Notes under the pieces: generated by a model | Seen by the model: the letters and a program-made list of their open reading frames with translations, nothing else | Databases searched by the model: none | What the model was told of the DNA's origin: nothing | In this document: positions 40,720-51,124 of the stretch, piece by piece | Layout: each line of letters begins with the position of its first letter | How positions within the stretch are numbered: the first letter of the stretch is position 1 | Program-made: the position numbers and the translations under genes | DNA from: Pseudomonadota bacterium | Lineage (GTDB): Bacteria > Myxococcota > JACRCW01 > JAFGSX01 | Direction: 5' to 3' | Assembly: GCA_043821645.1 (NCBI GenBank) | Contig: JBDRCO010000003.1 | Span: 1 to 64,000, forward strand | DNA length: 64,000 nucleotides

Positions 40720-41169
40720 ATGTTCCGAGGCTGGTTCGAGCATCTGCTGGACACCAAAGGGCGGGCGGCCATTCCCTCGACCTTCCGGGATAATCTTGCC
40801 CAGGCTGGAGACGAACGCCTGGTCATCACCACGGCCCTGTCTGGAGATCATCTCGTCGCCTATCCCCTGAGCAAGTGGCTGGCCTTCGAAGAGCGCGTCC
40901 GCTCGCAACTGCCCCAGTTTGACGCCAACGTTGAACGGTTTCGCAGGCTGTACATAGGCGGGGCCATGGAGTGCGGGTTCGACAAGCTGGGCCGCTTGGT
41001 GATCCCGGCCAACCTGCGCGAGGCCGCGGACCTGACCAAGGAGATCGTGTTTGTGGGCGACATCGAGAAGTTTGCGATCTGGTCCAAAGAGCGCTGGAGC
41101 GAGACCCAGCGGGTGGACCAGTCACAGCGCGACAGCATGCAAGATACACTTGCGAATCTTGGCCTATAG
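40720..41169 (+). CDS. mraZ: Division/cell-wall cluster regulator MraZ
   Basis: MFRG..LDTKGR..IP; DKLGRLVIP; first gene of the dcw cluster. Confidence 0.95.
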   Translation: MFRGWFEHLLDTKGRAAIPSTFRDNLAQAGDERLVITTALSGDHLVAYPLSKWLAFEERVRSQLPQFDANVERFRRLYIGGAMECGFDKLGRLVIPANLREAADLTKEIVFVGDIEKFAIWSKERWSETQRVDQSQRDSMQDTLANLGL

Positions 41170-41205
41170 CATTGTTCAGTAAGGTTAATTTTTGATCAAC
41201 GCCAT

Positions 41206-42192
41206 GTGCACGGTGGTCCAGTGGATGAAGGCGCGTTCCATGTTCCTGTGCTGCTCGACGAGCTGGTGCAGGGGCTCCGGCTGCGGCCGGATTCGCGCGT
41301 CATCGATGCCACGGTGGGTGGGGCAGGGCACAGTTTGGCGATCGCCCGCGCTCTGGGACCATCGGGCAGACTGCTGTGCATCGACCAGGACCGCGAAGCC
41401 CTCGACCAAGCTGGCCAGCGGCTGCGCGATTGCGCGCCGGCCGTCACCCTGGTCCACAGTAATTTCGGGAGCATCGGCGATGTGGCCCGGGCCAATGGGC
41501 TGCCCCAGTGCGATGCCATCGTCGCCGATCTGGGGGTGTCGTCGCACCAGCTCGACAGTGTCGAGCGCGGATTCTCTTTCATGCACGATGCGCCGCTGGA
41601 CATGCGAATGGATCGCGACGGCGGAACCCCGGTGTTCGAGCTCCTGCAGCGCCTCGGCGAGGCGGAACTGTCAAAAATCATCAGGGATTACGGTGAGGAA
41701 GCGGGTGCTCGGCGTATCGCTCGCGCCATCAAGCAGGACAATCCTCAGACCACGGGCGAGCTGGCGCGACTGGTCGAGAGCGTGCTCGGAGGCCGTCGTG
41801 GCCGCCGAATCCACCCTGCCACCAAGACTTTTCAAGCGCTGCGCATGGCGGCCAATGACGAGCTCGACGCACTGCGCCGCCTGCTCCAGGACGCGCCGGA
41901 CCTGCTGGCCGTCCGCGGCCGCCTGGCCATCATCAGCTTTCACAGCCTCGAGGACAGGATGGTCAAGCGCGCCTTTGCCGAGCGCGCGCGGACCTGCACC
42001 TGCCCACCCGAGGCGCCCCTGTGCACCTGCGGCGCGGACCCAGAGTTCGAGCTGGTGTCGCGCAAGGCGCTTCGGCCAGCGGACGCCGAGGCCGCAGCCA
42101 ATCCTCGAGCGCGATCGGCCAAGCTGCGCATCCTTTCGAAACGAGTACGGAAATCATCAAGCCTTGGGGCGCATGGAGTGACGGATCTGTAA
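41206..42192 (+). CDS. rsmH: 16S rRNA m4C methyltransferase RsmH
   Basis: HVPVLL, DATVGGAGHS, DLGVSS, LDMRMD, ISFHSLEDR, NPRARSAKLR. Confidence 0.96.
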   Translation: MHGGPVDEGAFHVPVLLDELVQGLRLRPDSRVIDATVGGAGHSLAIARALGPSGRLLCIDQDREALDQAGQRLRDCAPAVTLVHSNFGSIGDVARANGLPQCDAIVADLGVSSHQLDSVERGFSFMHDAPLDMRMDRDGGTPVFELLQRLGEAELSKIIRDYGEEAGARRIARAIKQDNPQTTGELARLVESVLGGRRGRRIHPATKTFQALRMAANDELDALRRLLQDAPDLLAVRGRLAIISFHSLEDRMVKRAFAERARTCTCPPEAPLCTCGADPEFELVSRKALRPADAEAAANPRARSAKLRILSKRVRKSSSLGAHGVTDL

Positions 42193-42193
42193 C

Positions 42194-42571
42194 ATGCCTG
42201 CTACAGATGCCATACGTCAGCCGACTGCACGGCGCAGGATGCGGGAGCAGGGCGCCCGGCGCGCTGTGACGAGCCCCGATCTCCAGGCCGCCTCGTCCGG
42301 GGCGCGAGCGGGCTTTGGCACCTACGTGCTTGCCATGATTCTGATCGCGGCGAGCCTGGTGTTCTACGTTTTCCTGCGTGTGAGCAGCCTCCAGCTGGGC
42401 TACCAGCTGTCCCAGGCGCGTACCGATCAACTCAAGCTTGTTCAAGAAAATCGGGCACTCAAGACAGAAATCGGGACCCTGTCCGCACCCGGACGGATTC
42501 GTTCGCTGTCGACCGGCACGCTGGGCATGGTTCCTGCCGAGCACATCATCGATCTCTCGGAGGTGCGATGA
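42194..42571 (+). CDS. ftsL: Cell division protein FtsL
   Basis: Single TM plus coiled coil (ENRALKTEIGTLSAPGRI..LGM); position between rsmH and ftsI. Confidence 0.85.
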   Translation: MPATDAIRQPTARRRMREQGARRAVTSPDLQAASSGARAGFGTYVLAMILIAASLVFYVFLRVSSLQLGYQLSQARTDQLKLVQENRALKTEIGTLSAPGRIRSLSTGTLGMVPAEHIIDLSEVR

Positions 42572-44559
42572 TGCGAAAGCCTGCCAGTCCCATGCGGACC
42601 CTGCGAACTGGACGGGTGTGGGTGGTTGGTCTTCTGCTGAGCAGTGGCTTTGCACTGGTGGCTGCGCGCACGGTGCAGGTTCAGCTACTGCATGGCACCC
42701 GCCTGCGAGGCCTGGCAGAAGAGCAATACCTCAAGGAAATCGAGATCACCGCGCCTCGAGGCAACATCTACGACCGGACCGGGCGGACCCTGGCCGTGTC
42801 AGTGGCCGTCGAATCCGTGTACGTGGACCCACGCCGCTTTGACCAGGCCAAACTGCCCGTGCTGGCCAGTACCCTCGGTCTGAAAGTGCGCGAGATAGAG
42901 AAGCGGCTCAAGGGGCGCAAGACCTTTGCCTGGATACAGCGTCAGGTACCCCCGCAGCGAGCCCAGGGGCTGCGTGCGCTCAAACTCGCGGGCGTTTATT
43001 TCACCACCGAATCCAAGCGCTACTATCCCAACCGCGACATGGCCGGCCACGTGCTGGGCTTCGTGGGACTGGATGGCAAGGGCCTCGCAGGGGTGGAGCT
43101 GCAGAACGACGAGGCCATGCGCGGTCGCACCATGGACGTCGGCGTGCTGCGCGATGCCCGCGGCACGCCGCTGTCTACAGGTAACGTGCTGCCCGTGCTG
43201 ACCCTGGAGGGAGACCACCTGCACCTGACCCTGGACGCGGCGGTGCAGCAGCTGACCGAGGAGGTCCTGGCGCGCACCGTGGCGGAGTATCAGGCTGCGG
43301 CGGGCATGGTCGTGGTGCTGGAGCCGGCCACTGGCGCCTTGCTGGCGATGGCTGCGGTCCCCGAGTTCAACCCCAACGATCCGGGCAAGGCCAAGGCCGC
43401 CGCACGTCGCAATCGCATCGTCACCGACGTGTTTGAGCCCGGTTCGACGCTCAAGCCGCTGGTGGTGGCGGCAGCACTGGAAAAGGGCGCAGTCAAGGCC
43501 AACGAGCGCGTGTACTGCGAGAAGGGCTCGGTCGCGGTGGGGCGGCATGTCATTCGCGACACCCATTCTTACGAATGGCTCGATGTCGGGGATGTGATAG
43601 CAAAATCTAGCAATATCGGCACCTTGAAGATCGGGACCAGCCTTGGCGCGGAGAACCTGCACGCCGCATTGACAGCCCTGGGATTCGGTCAGCGCAGCGG
43701 TATTGGCTTGCCTGGCGAGGTGTCCGGGATGCTGGCCCCCGCCAGGCAGTGGTCGCGCGCACGCCTGGCGACGGTGTCGTTTGGTCAGGGCATAGGGGTC
43801 ACCGCTCTGCAACTCGCCGCGGGCATGGCCACCATCGCCAGCGGTGGCGAGTGGAAGGCTCCCTATCTGGTCGACCACATCACGGCGCCGGACGGCACGG
43901 TGCGCTGGCAACATCCGGCACCTGAGCCGCGCCGTGTCTTCAGTAACGAGACGGCTCGCGCCATGACAGGGATGATGGAGCGCGTGGTGGCGAAGGGTGG
44001 GACCGGGGAGCGCGCCGCCATCGAGGGGATACGCGTCGCCGGCAAGACTGGCACCGCGCAGAAGGTCGATGTGGTCAGCGGCGGCTACTCCGCGGACAAG
44101 CGCATCTCCTCTTTCATCGGCTTCGCACCTGCGGAGCGCCCGCGCGTCCTCGTGCTGGTGGTCATCGACGAGCCCCAGGGTTCGACCTACGGCGGCGTGG
44201 TGGCGGCGCCCGCCTTCAGGGAGATCATGCGCGGCACGCTGGCGCACCTCGGCGTGAGCGTGGCTGCGAGCCCGCTGCTGGCCGTGGCCGAGCCCATCAT
44301 GCCCACGACGGATGAGGTGGCGGGGGCCATCGCCATCAGTGATCAGACCTCGGCCCTGCCCACGGCTGGATCCGGCCTGTCGTTGATGCCGGATCTGCGC
44401 GGCATGGATCTTCGGCGCGCGGCGACCTCGGCCCTGGCCACCGGACGTGAGCTCGAGGTGCATGGACAGGGGCGCGTGGTCGAGCAGGACCCGGCCGCGG
44501 GGGCAGCGCTGAACGAGGTCGAGGTGATCCGGCTCCATCTGCGGGAGGGGCAGGGCTGA
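42568..44559 (+). CDS. ftsI: Class B PBP FtsI with C-terminal PASTA domain
   Basis: RGNIYDR, RYYP, EPGSTLK (SxxK), SSN, KTGTAQ. Confidence 0.95.
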   Translation: MMRKPASPMRTLRTGRVWVVGLLLSSGFALVAARTVQVQLLHGTRLRGLAEEQYLKEIEITAPRGNIYDRTGRTLAVSVAVESVYVDPRRFDQAKLPVLASTLGLKVREIEKRLKGRKTFAWIQRQVPPQRAQGLRALKLAGVYFTTESKRYYPNRDMAGHVLGFVGLDGKGLAGVELQNDEAMRGRTMDVGVLRDARGTPLSTGNVLPVLTLEGDHLHLTLDAAVQQLTEEVLARTVAEYQAAAGMVVVLEPATGALLAMAAVPEFNPNDPGKAKAAARRNRIVTDVFEPGSTLKPLVVAAALEKGAVKANERVYCEKGSVAVGRHVIRDTHSYEWLDVGDVIAKSSNIGTLKIGTSLGAENLHAALTALGFGQRSGIGLPGEVSGMLAPARQWSRARLATVSFGQGIGVTALQLAAGMATIASGGEWKAPYLVDHITAPDGTVRWQHPAPEPRRVFSNETARAMTGMMERVVAKGGTGERAAIEGIRVAGKTGTAQKVDVVSGGYSADKRISSFIGFAPAERPRVLVLVVIDEPQGSTYGGVVAAPAFREIMRGTLAHLGVSVAASPLLAVAEPIMPTTDEVAGAIAISDQTSALPTAGSGLSLMPDLRGMDLRRAATSALATGRELEVHGQGRVVEQDPAAGAALNEVEVIRLHLREGQG

Positions 44560-46046
44560 TGAGCACCTCGATGCACCAGCTCTGCCAGCGCCTCGGCGTG
44601 CAGCCCGCAGGTGTGGACGTGGAAATCTCCCGCGTCGAACTCGACTCGCGGCGGGTGGGACCAGGTGTGCTGTTCGTGGCCTGTCGCGGCGCCACGGCCA
44701 GCTCTGCTGACGGACACGACTTCATCGACGCGGCGATCGCGGCGGGTGCCTCGGCGGTGCTGGCCGAGCACCTGGTGCGGACGCCTGCGGTGGCGCACGC
44801 GGTGGTCTCAGACAGCCGCCGGGCGCTGGCCATCCTGGCCGAGGAACTGGCTGGCAATCCCTCTCACAGCCTCCGGCTGGCCGGGATCACGGGCACCAAC
44901 GGCAAGACCACGGTCGTGCACATGACCGCGGCGGCCCTGGAGTCCGCGGGCACGCCCTGCGCGAGCCTGGGCACGCTGGGGCTCGAGTTCGCCGGGGAGC
45001 ACACCGCGTGGCTGCACACCACACCCGAGGCCACGGAGCTGTCAGGTGCCCTGGCTCGTCTGCGTCAGCGTGGTGCCCGGGCCGTGGCCATGGAGGTGTC
45101 GAGCCATGCGCTGAGCCTGAAGCGGGTCGAGGGCCTGCACTTCGCGGTGGCGGCCTTTACCAACCTGTCGCAGGACCACCTGGATTTCCACGGCGACATG
45201 GCGAGCTACTTCGACGCCAAGCGTCGCCTGTTCGACGAGCTGCTTCCGGCTGACGCCCGCGCCGTGTGCTGCGTGGACGATGCCGCGGGCCGCGAGCTGG
45301 CCGAGAGCCTGCGTTCCCGTGCCCTGCGCGTGGGCACCGGTGACCAGCCGGAGCTGGACCTGGCCGTGCGCGAGGCTCGCCTGACGCCGCACGGCACAGA
45401 GGTCACGCTGCGCGTCGGTGGCACCAGCTTGCAGGCGCTGTTGCCCCAGGTCGGGCGCTTCAACCTGGCCAATGCCCTGGTCGCCCTGGGCGTCGCGCAC
45501 GCGCTCGAGCAACCCCTGGCGGCCGCGCTGGACGGCATCGCGCGCTGTCCGCAGGTCCCTGGGCGTCTCGAACAGCTCGCGGTGGCCGGATGCCCGCGGG
45601 TCTTCGTGGACTACTCGCACACGCCCCAGGCCCTGGAGCTGGCCCTGGCCACCTTGCAGGAACTGTCCGGCGGCCGGGTGGTGGTGGTGTTTGGCTGCGG
45701 CGGTGAGCGCGATGCAGGCAAGCGTCCGCTCATGGGACGCATCGCCGCCAGTGGTGCGGATGCGGTGGTCATCACCGACGACAATCCGCGACGCGAGGAC
45801 CCTCAGCAGATCACCGCCGCGATCCTCGAGGGTGCGCGCTCGGTGCAGACCCCGCGGGCCGGCCACATCGAGATCGAGCGCGACAGGCAGCGAGCCATCG
45901 CCAGGGCCATTGCCCTGGCGGCGGTCGACGACATCGTGCTGATCGCAGGCAAGGGACACGAGGACTATCAGGAAGTGGCTGGCCAGCGCCGGCATTTCAA
46001 TGACCGCGAGGTCGCGCTCGAGATCCTCGAGGGGAGGGCGGCATGA
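44559..46046 (+). CDS. murE: UDP-MurNAc-dipeptide--DAP ligase
   Basis: GITGTNGKT, MEVSSH, DNPR, AGKGHE. Confidence 0.96.
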   Translation: MSTSMHQLCQRLGVQPAGVDVEISRVELDSRRVGPGVLFVACRGATASSADGHDFIDAAIAAGASAVLAEHLVRTPAVAHAVVSDSRRALAILAEELAGNPSHSLRLAGITGTNGKTTVVHMTAAALESAGTPCASLGTLGLEFAGEHTAWLHTTPEATELSGALARLRQRGARAVAMEVSSHALSLKRVEGLHFAVAAFTNLSQDHLDFHGDMASYFDAKRRLFDELLPADARAVCCVDDAAGRELAESLRSRALRVGTGDQPELDLAVREARLTPHGTEVTLRVGGTSLQALLPQVGRFNLANALVALGVAHALEQPLAAALDGIARCPQVPGRLEQLAVAGCPRVFVDYSHTPQALELALATLQELSGGRVVVVFGCGGERDAGKRPLMGRIAASGADAVVITDDNPRREDPQQITAAILEGARSVQTPRAGHIEIERDRQRAIARAIALAAVDDIVLIAGKGHEDYQEVAGQRRHFNDREVALEILEGRAA

Positions 46047-47440
46047 CCTTCACCTCGGACTTCGTGCTGCGCGCCACCGGCGGCCGCCTCGTCGGATCCG
46101 GCTTCGTGGCCCGGCGCGTGGACAAGGACAGCCGGGTCGCGCTCGACGACACCCTGTACGTGGCGCTGGCGGGCGATCGCTTCGACGGTCACGACTTCGT
46201 GCGCCAGGCGCGCGAGGCTGGTGCGGTGGCGGCGCTGGTGGATGCCGCCCATGCCAGGTCGCTGTCGGATCCGGGGTACCCGCTGGTGGTGGTCGAGGAT
46301 ACCGGGCGCGCCCTGCTCGACCTGGCACACGCCCACCTGCAGCGCATGCCTGCTCGGCGGGTGGCGCTGACCGGATCCAACGGCAAAACCACGACGAAGG
46401 AAATGATCGCCGCCGTCTGCCGTGCCAGCGTCGGCGACGAGCGGGTGCTGGCGACCCAGGGCAACCTCAACAACCTCATCGGAATGCCCCTGACGGCACT
46501 GGCGGTCGGGCCCGATCACGCCATCGCCGTGCTGGAGATGGGCATGAACCATCCCGGTGAGATCGCGGCCATGGCTGCCGCCGCCCGGCCCCAGGTGGGA
46601 CTGATCACCAACATCGCCCCAGCTCACCTCGAGGGTCTCGGCAACCTCGAGGGTGTGGCCCGGGCCAAGGGTGAACTGTTTGCGGCCCTCGGATCCGACG
46701 CAGTGGCCGTGGTTCACGCCGATGATGCGAACTGTCTGCGCATGGCCGAGGGCTGCCGCGCCCGCCAGCTTCGCTTCGGTTCGGCCGCGGGCTGCGAGGT
46801 CCGCCTGCGCTCCAGCACCCCCGACGAACAGGGGCAGACGCTGGTGCTCGAGCTGGCGGGTGTCGAGCATGCGCTGCACCTGTCGCACGAGGGCGCCCAC
46901 AACGCCCGCAACGCGGCCGCCGCCGCCGCCGTGGGGCTGGCCCTCGAGGTCCCGGTTGCGCACATCGTCGAGGGCCTGGTCCGCGCCCCGGTGGTCGCAG
47001 GACGCCTGCGCATGCATCGGGTGCGCGACGCCCTGATCATCGACGACACCTACAACGCCAATCCCGCCTCGATGAAGGCGGCCATTGACGTTGCGGTCCA
47101 GCGCGCCCGCGGTCACCGCCTGCTGCTGGTGCTGGGCGAGATGCGCGAACTCGGTGCGTTCGCGGGGGATCTGCATGCCGAGCTCGGGGCGCACGCGGCG
47201 ACCGCTGCGCCGGCGCGCGCGTGGTTCTGTGGAGCCTTCGCCGAGGACTACCGGCGAGGCGCCCAGCAGGGGGGCCTGGATCCGGCCACGATCACCGTCG
47301 CGGGCGACGCGGGTGAGATCGCGGCGGAGGTGGTTGCCAATCTGGCGGCCGGTGACGTGGTGCTGGTCAAGGGCTCGCGCGGGGCCCGGACCGAGCGCGT
47401 CGTGCAGGCCATGACCGGACAGCTGGACGGGGTGCACTGA
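46043..47440 (+). CDS. murF: UDP-MurNAc-tripeptide--D-Ala-D-Ala ligase
   Basis: TGSNGKTTTKE, NNLIGMP, EMGMNH, DTYNANP, VKGSR. Confidence 0.96.
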   Translation: MTFTSDFVLRATGGRLVGSGFVARRVDKDSRVALDDTLYVALAGDRFDGHDFVRQAREAGAVAALVDAAHARSLSDPGYPLVVVEDTGRALLDLAHAHLQRMPARRVALTGSNGKTTTKEMIAAVCRASVGDERVLATQGNLNNLIGMPLTALAVGPDHAIAVLEMGMNHPGEIAAMAAAARPQVGLITNIAPAHLEGLGNLEGVARAKGELFAALGSDAVAVVHADDANCLRMAEGCRARQLRFGSAAGCEVRLRSSTPDEQGQTLVLELAGVEHALHLSHEGAHNARNAAAAAAVGLALEVPVAHIVEGLVRAPVVAGRLRMHRVRDALIIDDTYNANPASMKAAIDVAVQRARGHRLLLVLGEMRELGAFAGDLHAELGAHAATAAPARAWFCGAFAEDYRRGAQQGGLDPATITVAGDAGEIAAEVVANLAAGDVVLVKGSRGARTERVVQAMTGQLDGVH

Positions 47441-48567
47441 TGCTGTACCACCTGCTGGTGCCGCTGGCGGACTCGTTCTCGTTCCTCAATGTGTTTCGCT
47501 ACGCGACCTTTCGCATCGTGATGGCGGCGCTCACCGCGCTGGTGGCGACCCTGGTGCTGTACCCGGGTTTCATCCGGGCCCTGCAGCGCTTGCAGTGGGG
47601 CCAGTCCATTCGCGAGGACGGACCCGAGAGCCATTTGCAGAAGAAGGGCACCCCCACCATGGGCGGCGCCTTGCTGCTGGGTACCGTGTTCCTGTCGGTG
47701 GGTCTGTGGGCAGACCTGACCAACACATCGCTGTGGATGGTGAGCCTGGTGACTGCGGGCTACGGCGCCCTGGGCTTCGTCGACGACTATCGCAAGATCC
47801 GTCAGCGCAATTCCAAGGGTGTGTCGGCCAAGGGCAAGCTGCTGTGGCAGTTCCTCATCGCCGGCGTGGCCGTGGGTCTGCTGCTGTACGTGTTCAAGTT
47901 CGACAACACGCGCGTGGCAGTGCCCTTTTTGAGCACCGATCGCTACTACCCGACGCTGCCCCTGATCGTGTACCTGGGCTTCGCGGTCTTCGTGGTGGTG
48001 GTGACCTCGAACGCCGTCAACCTGACCGACGGTCTCGACGGGCTGGCCATCGGTCCCACCATCGTTTCTGCGTTCGTGTTCATGCTGCTGGCCTACGCCG
48101 CAGGCACCAAGCTCGGCATCGAGGTGAAGCCCGGCGAGTTTCAGTACTTCGACATCGCCCGCTACTTGCGCATCCCTTACCAGGAGGGCGCGCCCGAGCT
48201 CGCGGTGTTCTGCGCAGCCATCATCGGCTCCAGCATCGGCTTCCTGTGGTACAACACCTATCCGGCCAGCGTGTTCATGGGTGACGTCGGCTCGCTGGCT
48301 CTGGGTGGCGCGCTGGGCATGCTCGCCATCGTCACCAAGAACGAGTTTCTATCCGCCATCATCCACGGCGTGTTCGCCATGGAGGCGCTGTCCGTGGTCA
48401 TCCAGGTGACCTCGTTCAAGCTCACAGGCAAGCGCGTGTTCAAGATGTCGCCCATCCACCACCACTTCGAGCTGGCAGGCTGGGCCGAGCCCAAGATCAT
48501 CGTTCGCTTCTGGATCGTCTCGATCATGCTGGCCCTGTTTGCCCTGGCCACACTCAAGCTGAGGTGA
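47440..48567 (+). CDS. mraY: Phospho-MurNAc-pentapeptide transferase
   Basis: KKGTPTMGG, NAVNLTDGLDGL, FMGDVGS, PIHHHFE. Confidence 0.97.
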   Translation: MLYHLLVPLADSFSFLNVFRYATFRIVMAALTALVATLVLYPGFIRALQRLQWGQSIREDGPESHLQKKGTPTMGGALLLGTVFLSVGLWADLTNTSLWMVSLVTAGYGALGFVDDYRKIRQRNSKGVSAKGKLLWQFLIAGVAVGLLLYVFKFDNTRVAVPFLSTDRYYPTLPLIVYLGFAVFVVVVTSNAVNLTDGLDGLAIGPTIVSAFVFMLLAYAAGTKLGIEVKPGEFQYFDIARYLRIPYQEGAPELAVFCAAIIGSSIGFLWYNTYPASVFMGDVGSLALGGALGMLAIVTKNEFLSAIIHGVFAMEALSVVIQVTSFKLTGKRVFKMSPIHHHFELAGWAEPKIIVRFWIVSIMLALFALATLKLR

Positions 48568-49982
48568 CGACGTCGATGCCGTTCCCGGTGCCAGATTCCC
48601 GACGTGTGCGCGCCGCCCTCGACCAGGTCGACGGGAAGGCCGTGGTCGTCGTGGGAGCGGGCAAGAGCGGTGTGGCGGCTGCCCGTCTGCTGGCCACGCG
48701 CGGCGCTCGCGTCTGCATCGTCGACGACAAGCCGCAGGCGGCCCTGGCGGAGACCGCGGACAGTTTGCAGGCCCTGGGTATCGCCGTGCACGGAGGCGGC
48801 TTTGCGGCGCTGGATCTGACCGCTGCGCAGTTCGCGGTGGTGAGCCCGGGCGTCCCGCTGGTAAGGCCCGAGCTGCGCCAGGCCCTGGATGCCGGTGCGT
48901 TGCTGGTGAGCGAGATCGACGTGGCCCTGCACCGCCTCGGCCTGCCCGTGGTGGCCATCACCGGCACCAATGGCAAGTCCACCACCACGACGTTGGTGGG
49001 TTCCCTGCTCGAGGCCGGCGGACGCAAGCCCTTTGTCGGCGGTAACCTGGGCGAGCCCCTGTGCCTGGCGGCCATGGCGCCAGGAACCTGGCACAGCGCG
49101 GTGATCGAGCTGTCCAGCTACCAGCTGGAGCTGGCCAGCTTGCTCGAGCCCCAGGTTGCGGTGATCACCAACCTGGCGCCGGACCACCTGGACCGCTACC
49201 CCGACGTCGGCAGCTACTACGCCGCCAAGCACCAGGTGTTTGCGAACCTGCCTGCGGACGGGGTCGTGGTTGCCCGCGAGCGCGAACTTCACGACGGCAC
49301 CCTGCGCGTTCCTGCCTCGGCGCGCCTGCTTCGCTATGGCGCCACGATCGACGGCGACGGTGCCGCGATCAGCGCACAGCGAATCCAGGTGACCTTGCAG
49401 GGGATCAGCCACACTTTTGACATCAGCAACCCGCGCATCCGCGGCGCCCACAACCGGGAAAACCTCGCCGCTGCCGTCCTGGCCGCTCTGGCCTTCGGTC
49501 TCGAGGCTCCTGCCATTCGCGAGGGCATCCGTCTCTACGCGGGCATCCGACATCGGCTGGAGGACGTGGCATCCGTCGACGGCGTGCTCTACGTCAACGA
49601 CTCCAAGGGCACCAACGTCGACGCCACGGTGAAGGCCGTGGAGGCCTTCGAGCAGCCGCTGCTGCTCATTGCCGGTGGTCGCGACAAGGGCACCGGGTAT
49701 GCGGACCTGGCACAGGCCGCGCGCGGTCGCGTCCGCGTTCTCCTCACCATCGGCGAGGCAGGTCCTGCCATCGCCGAGGCCCTGCGTGGAATGGTCGACG
49801 AGGTGGTGGATGCAGGCACCCTGGGCCAGGCCCTGGAGCAGGCCAGGACGCGTGCACGCCAGGACGAGGTCGTGCTGCTCTCTCCGGCCTGCGCCTCCTT
49901 CGACCAGTTCAAGAACTTCGAGGAGCGCGGGAGCCGCTTCGTCGAGCTGGTGCAGGCCATGGCCCGAGGGAGTGCCTCATGA
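48564..49982 (+). CDS. murD: UDP-MurNAc-L-Ala--D-Glu ligase
   Basis: GAGKSG, TGTNGKST, ELSSYQL, NDSKGTN, SPACASFDQF. Confidence 0.96.
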   Translation: MTTSMPFPVPDSRRVRAALDQVDGKAVVVVGAGKSGVAAARLLATRGARVCIVDDKPQAALAETADSLQALGIAVHGGGFAALDLTAAQFAVVSPGVPLVRPELRQALDAGALLVSEIDVALHRLGLPVVAITGTNGKSTTTTLVGSLLEAGGRKPFVGGNLGEPLCLAAMAPGTWHSAVIELSSYQLELASLLEPQVAVITNLAPDHLDRYPDVGSYYAAKHQVFANLPADGVVVARERELHDGTLRVPASARLLRYGATIDGDGAAISAQRIQVTLQGISHTFDISNPRIRGAHNRENLAAAVLAALAFGLEAPAIREGIRLYAGIRHRLEDVASVDGVLYVNDSKGTNVDATVKAVEAFEQPLLLIAGGRDKGTGYADLAQAARGRVRVLLTIGEAGPAIAEALRGMVDEVVDAGTLGQALEQARTRARQDEVVLLSPACASFDQFKNFEERGSRFVELVQAMARGSAS

Positions 49983-51124
49983 ACAGCCGTCGCATCAACC
50001 TCGCCACGCTGCTGCCGACCCTGCTGTTGATCGGCTTCGGCGTGGTCATGGTCTACAGCGCCTCGGCGGTGTTCGCGGCCACCAAGCTGCATGATGCGAC
50101 CTACTTTTTGGTGCGCCAGGCTGCCTTCGCGGTGGTGGGCGTGGCCGTGCTGTACGTCACCTGGCGCATGGACTTCCGGCTGGTGCGGCGCTTCGCTCTG
50201 CCGCTGGGTATCGCTGTGCTGGCGCTGCTGGTCGCTGTCCTGCTACCGGGCATCGGCCGTGCGGGTGGTGGGGCGATGCGCTGGATTCCGCTGGGGCCCG
50301 TGGCGCTGCAGCCTGGCGAGCTGGCCAAGCCGGTGCTGGTGGTGCTGCTGGCCGGCTTGGTGGCACGTCGACGCGAGCGCGAGCTCGAGGGCGAGGACAC
50401 GGGGCCGCTGTGGCCCATGCTGCTGGTCCCGGGCGTGATGATGGGCCTGCTGCTGCTCGAGCCCGACTTCGGCAGCGCCGTGGTCCTGGGTGTGCTCACC
50501 GTCGTCATGCTGTTCGTGGGCGGCGCCCGGGTGAGCTACCTGCTGCTGGCGGTCCTGGCCTCGCTGCCTGTGGTCTACCACCTGATCGCGTCGTCGCCAT
50601 ACCGCATGCGACGCCTGATGTCCTTTCTCGATCCGTGGAGCCACCGCCAGGACATCGGCTACCAGGTCTCGGAATCCCTGATCAGCATTGGCTCGGGTGG
50701 CGTGTCTGGCCTGGGTATTGGCGACGGTCGACAGAAGCTGTTCTTCTTGCCCGCGGCCCACACCGACTTCATCTTCAGCATCATTGGCGAGGAACTCGGC
50801 CTGATCGGCGCGATCCTGGTGATCGCCAGCTTCGCCTGCATCGTCATTGCTGGCATTCGTGTCACGCTGCGCGCGCGCACGGTGTTCGGCGCCTACCTGG
50901 CGCTCGGCCTGACCTCGCTGGTCGGGCTGCAGGCGATCACCAACATGGCCGTGACCCTGGGCCTGGCCCCCACCAAGGGCCTGACCCTGCCCCTCATCAG
51001 CTACGGCGGCTCGTCGCTGGTGGCCACCTGCTTCGCCCTGGGCTTGTTGCTCAGCGTCGATGCCACCGACCATGGTGGGGAGGTGTCGCGGACCAGGGCC
51101 ACGGCCCCGGGAGGCGCCAGGTGA
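49979..51124 (+). CDS. ftsW: SEDS peptidoglycan polymerase FtsW
   Basis: MVYSAS, QPGELAK, EPDFG, HTDFIF, LPLISYGGSS. Confidence 0.96.
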   Translation: MNSRRINLATLLPTLLLIGFGVVMVYSASAVFAATKLHDATYFLVRQAAFAVVGVAVLYVTWRMDFRLVRRFALPLGIAVLALLVAVLLPGIGRAGGGAMRWIPLGPVALQPGELAKPVLVVLLAGLVARRRERELEGEDTGPLWPMLLVPGVMMGLLLLEPDFGSAVVLGVLTVVMLFVGGARVSYLLLAVLASLPVVYHLIASSPYRMRRLMSFLDPWSHRQDIGYQVSESLISIGSGGVSGLGIGDGRQKLFFLPAAHTDFIFSIIGEELGLIGAILVIASFACIVIAGIRVTLRARTVFGAYLALGLTSLVGLQAITNMAVTLGLAPTKGLTLPLISYGGSSLVATCFALGLLLSVDATDHGGEVSRTRATAPGGAR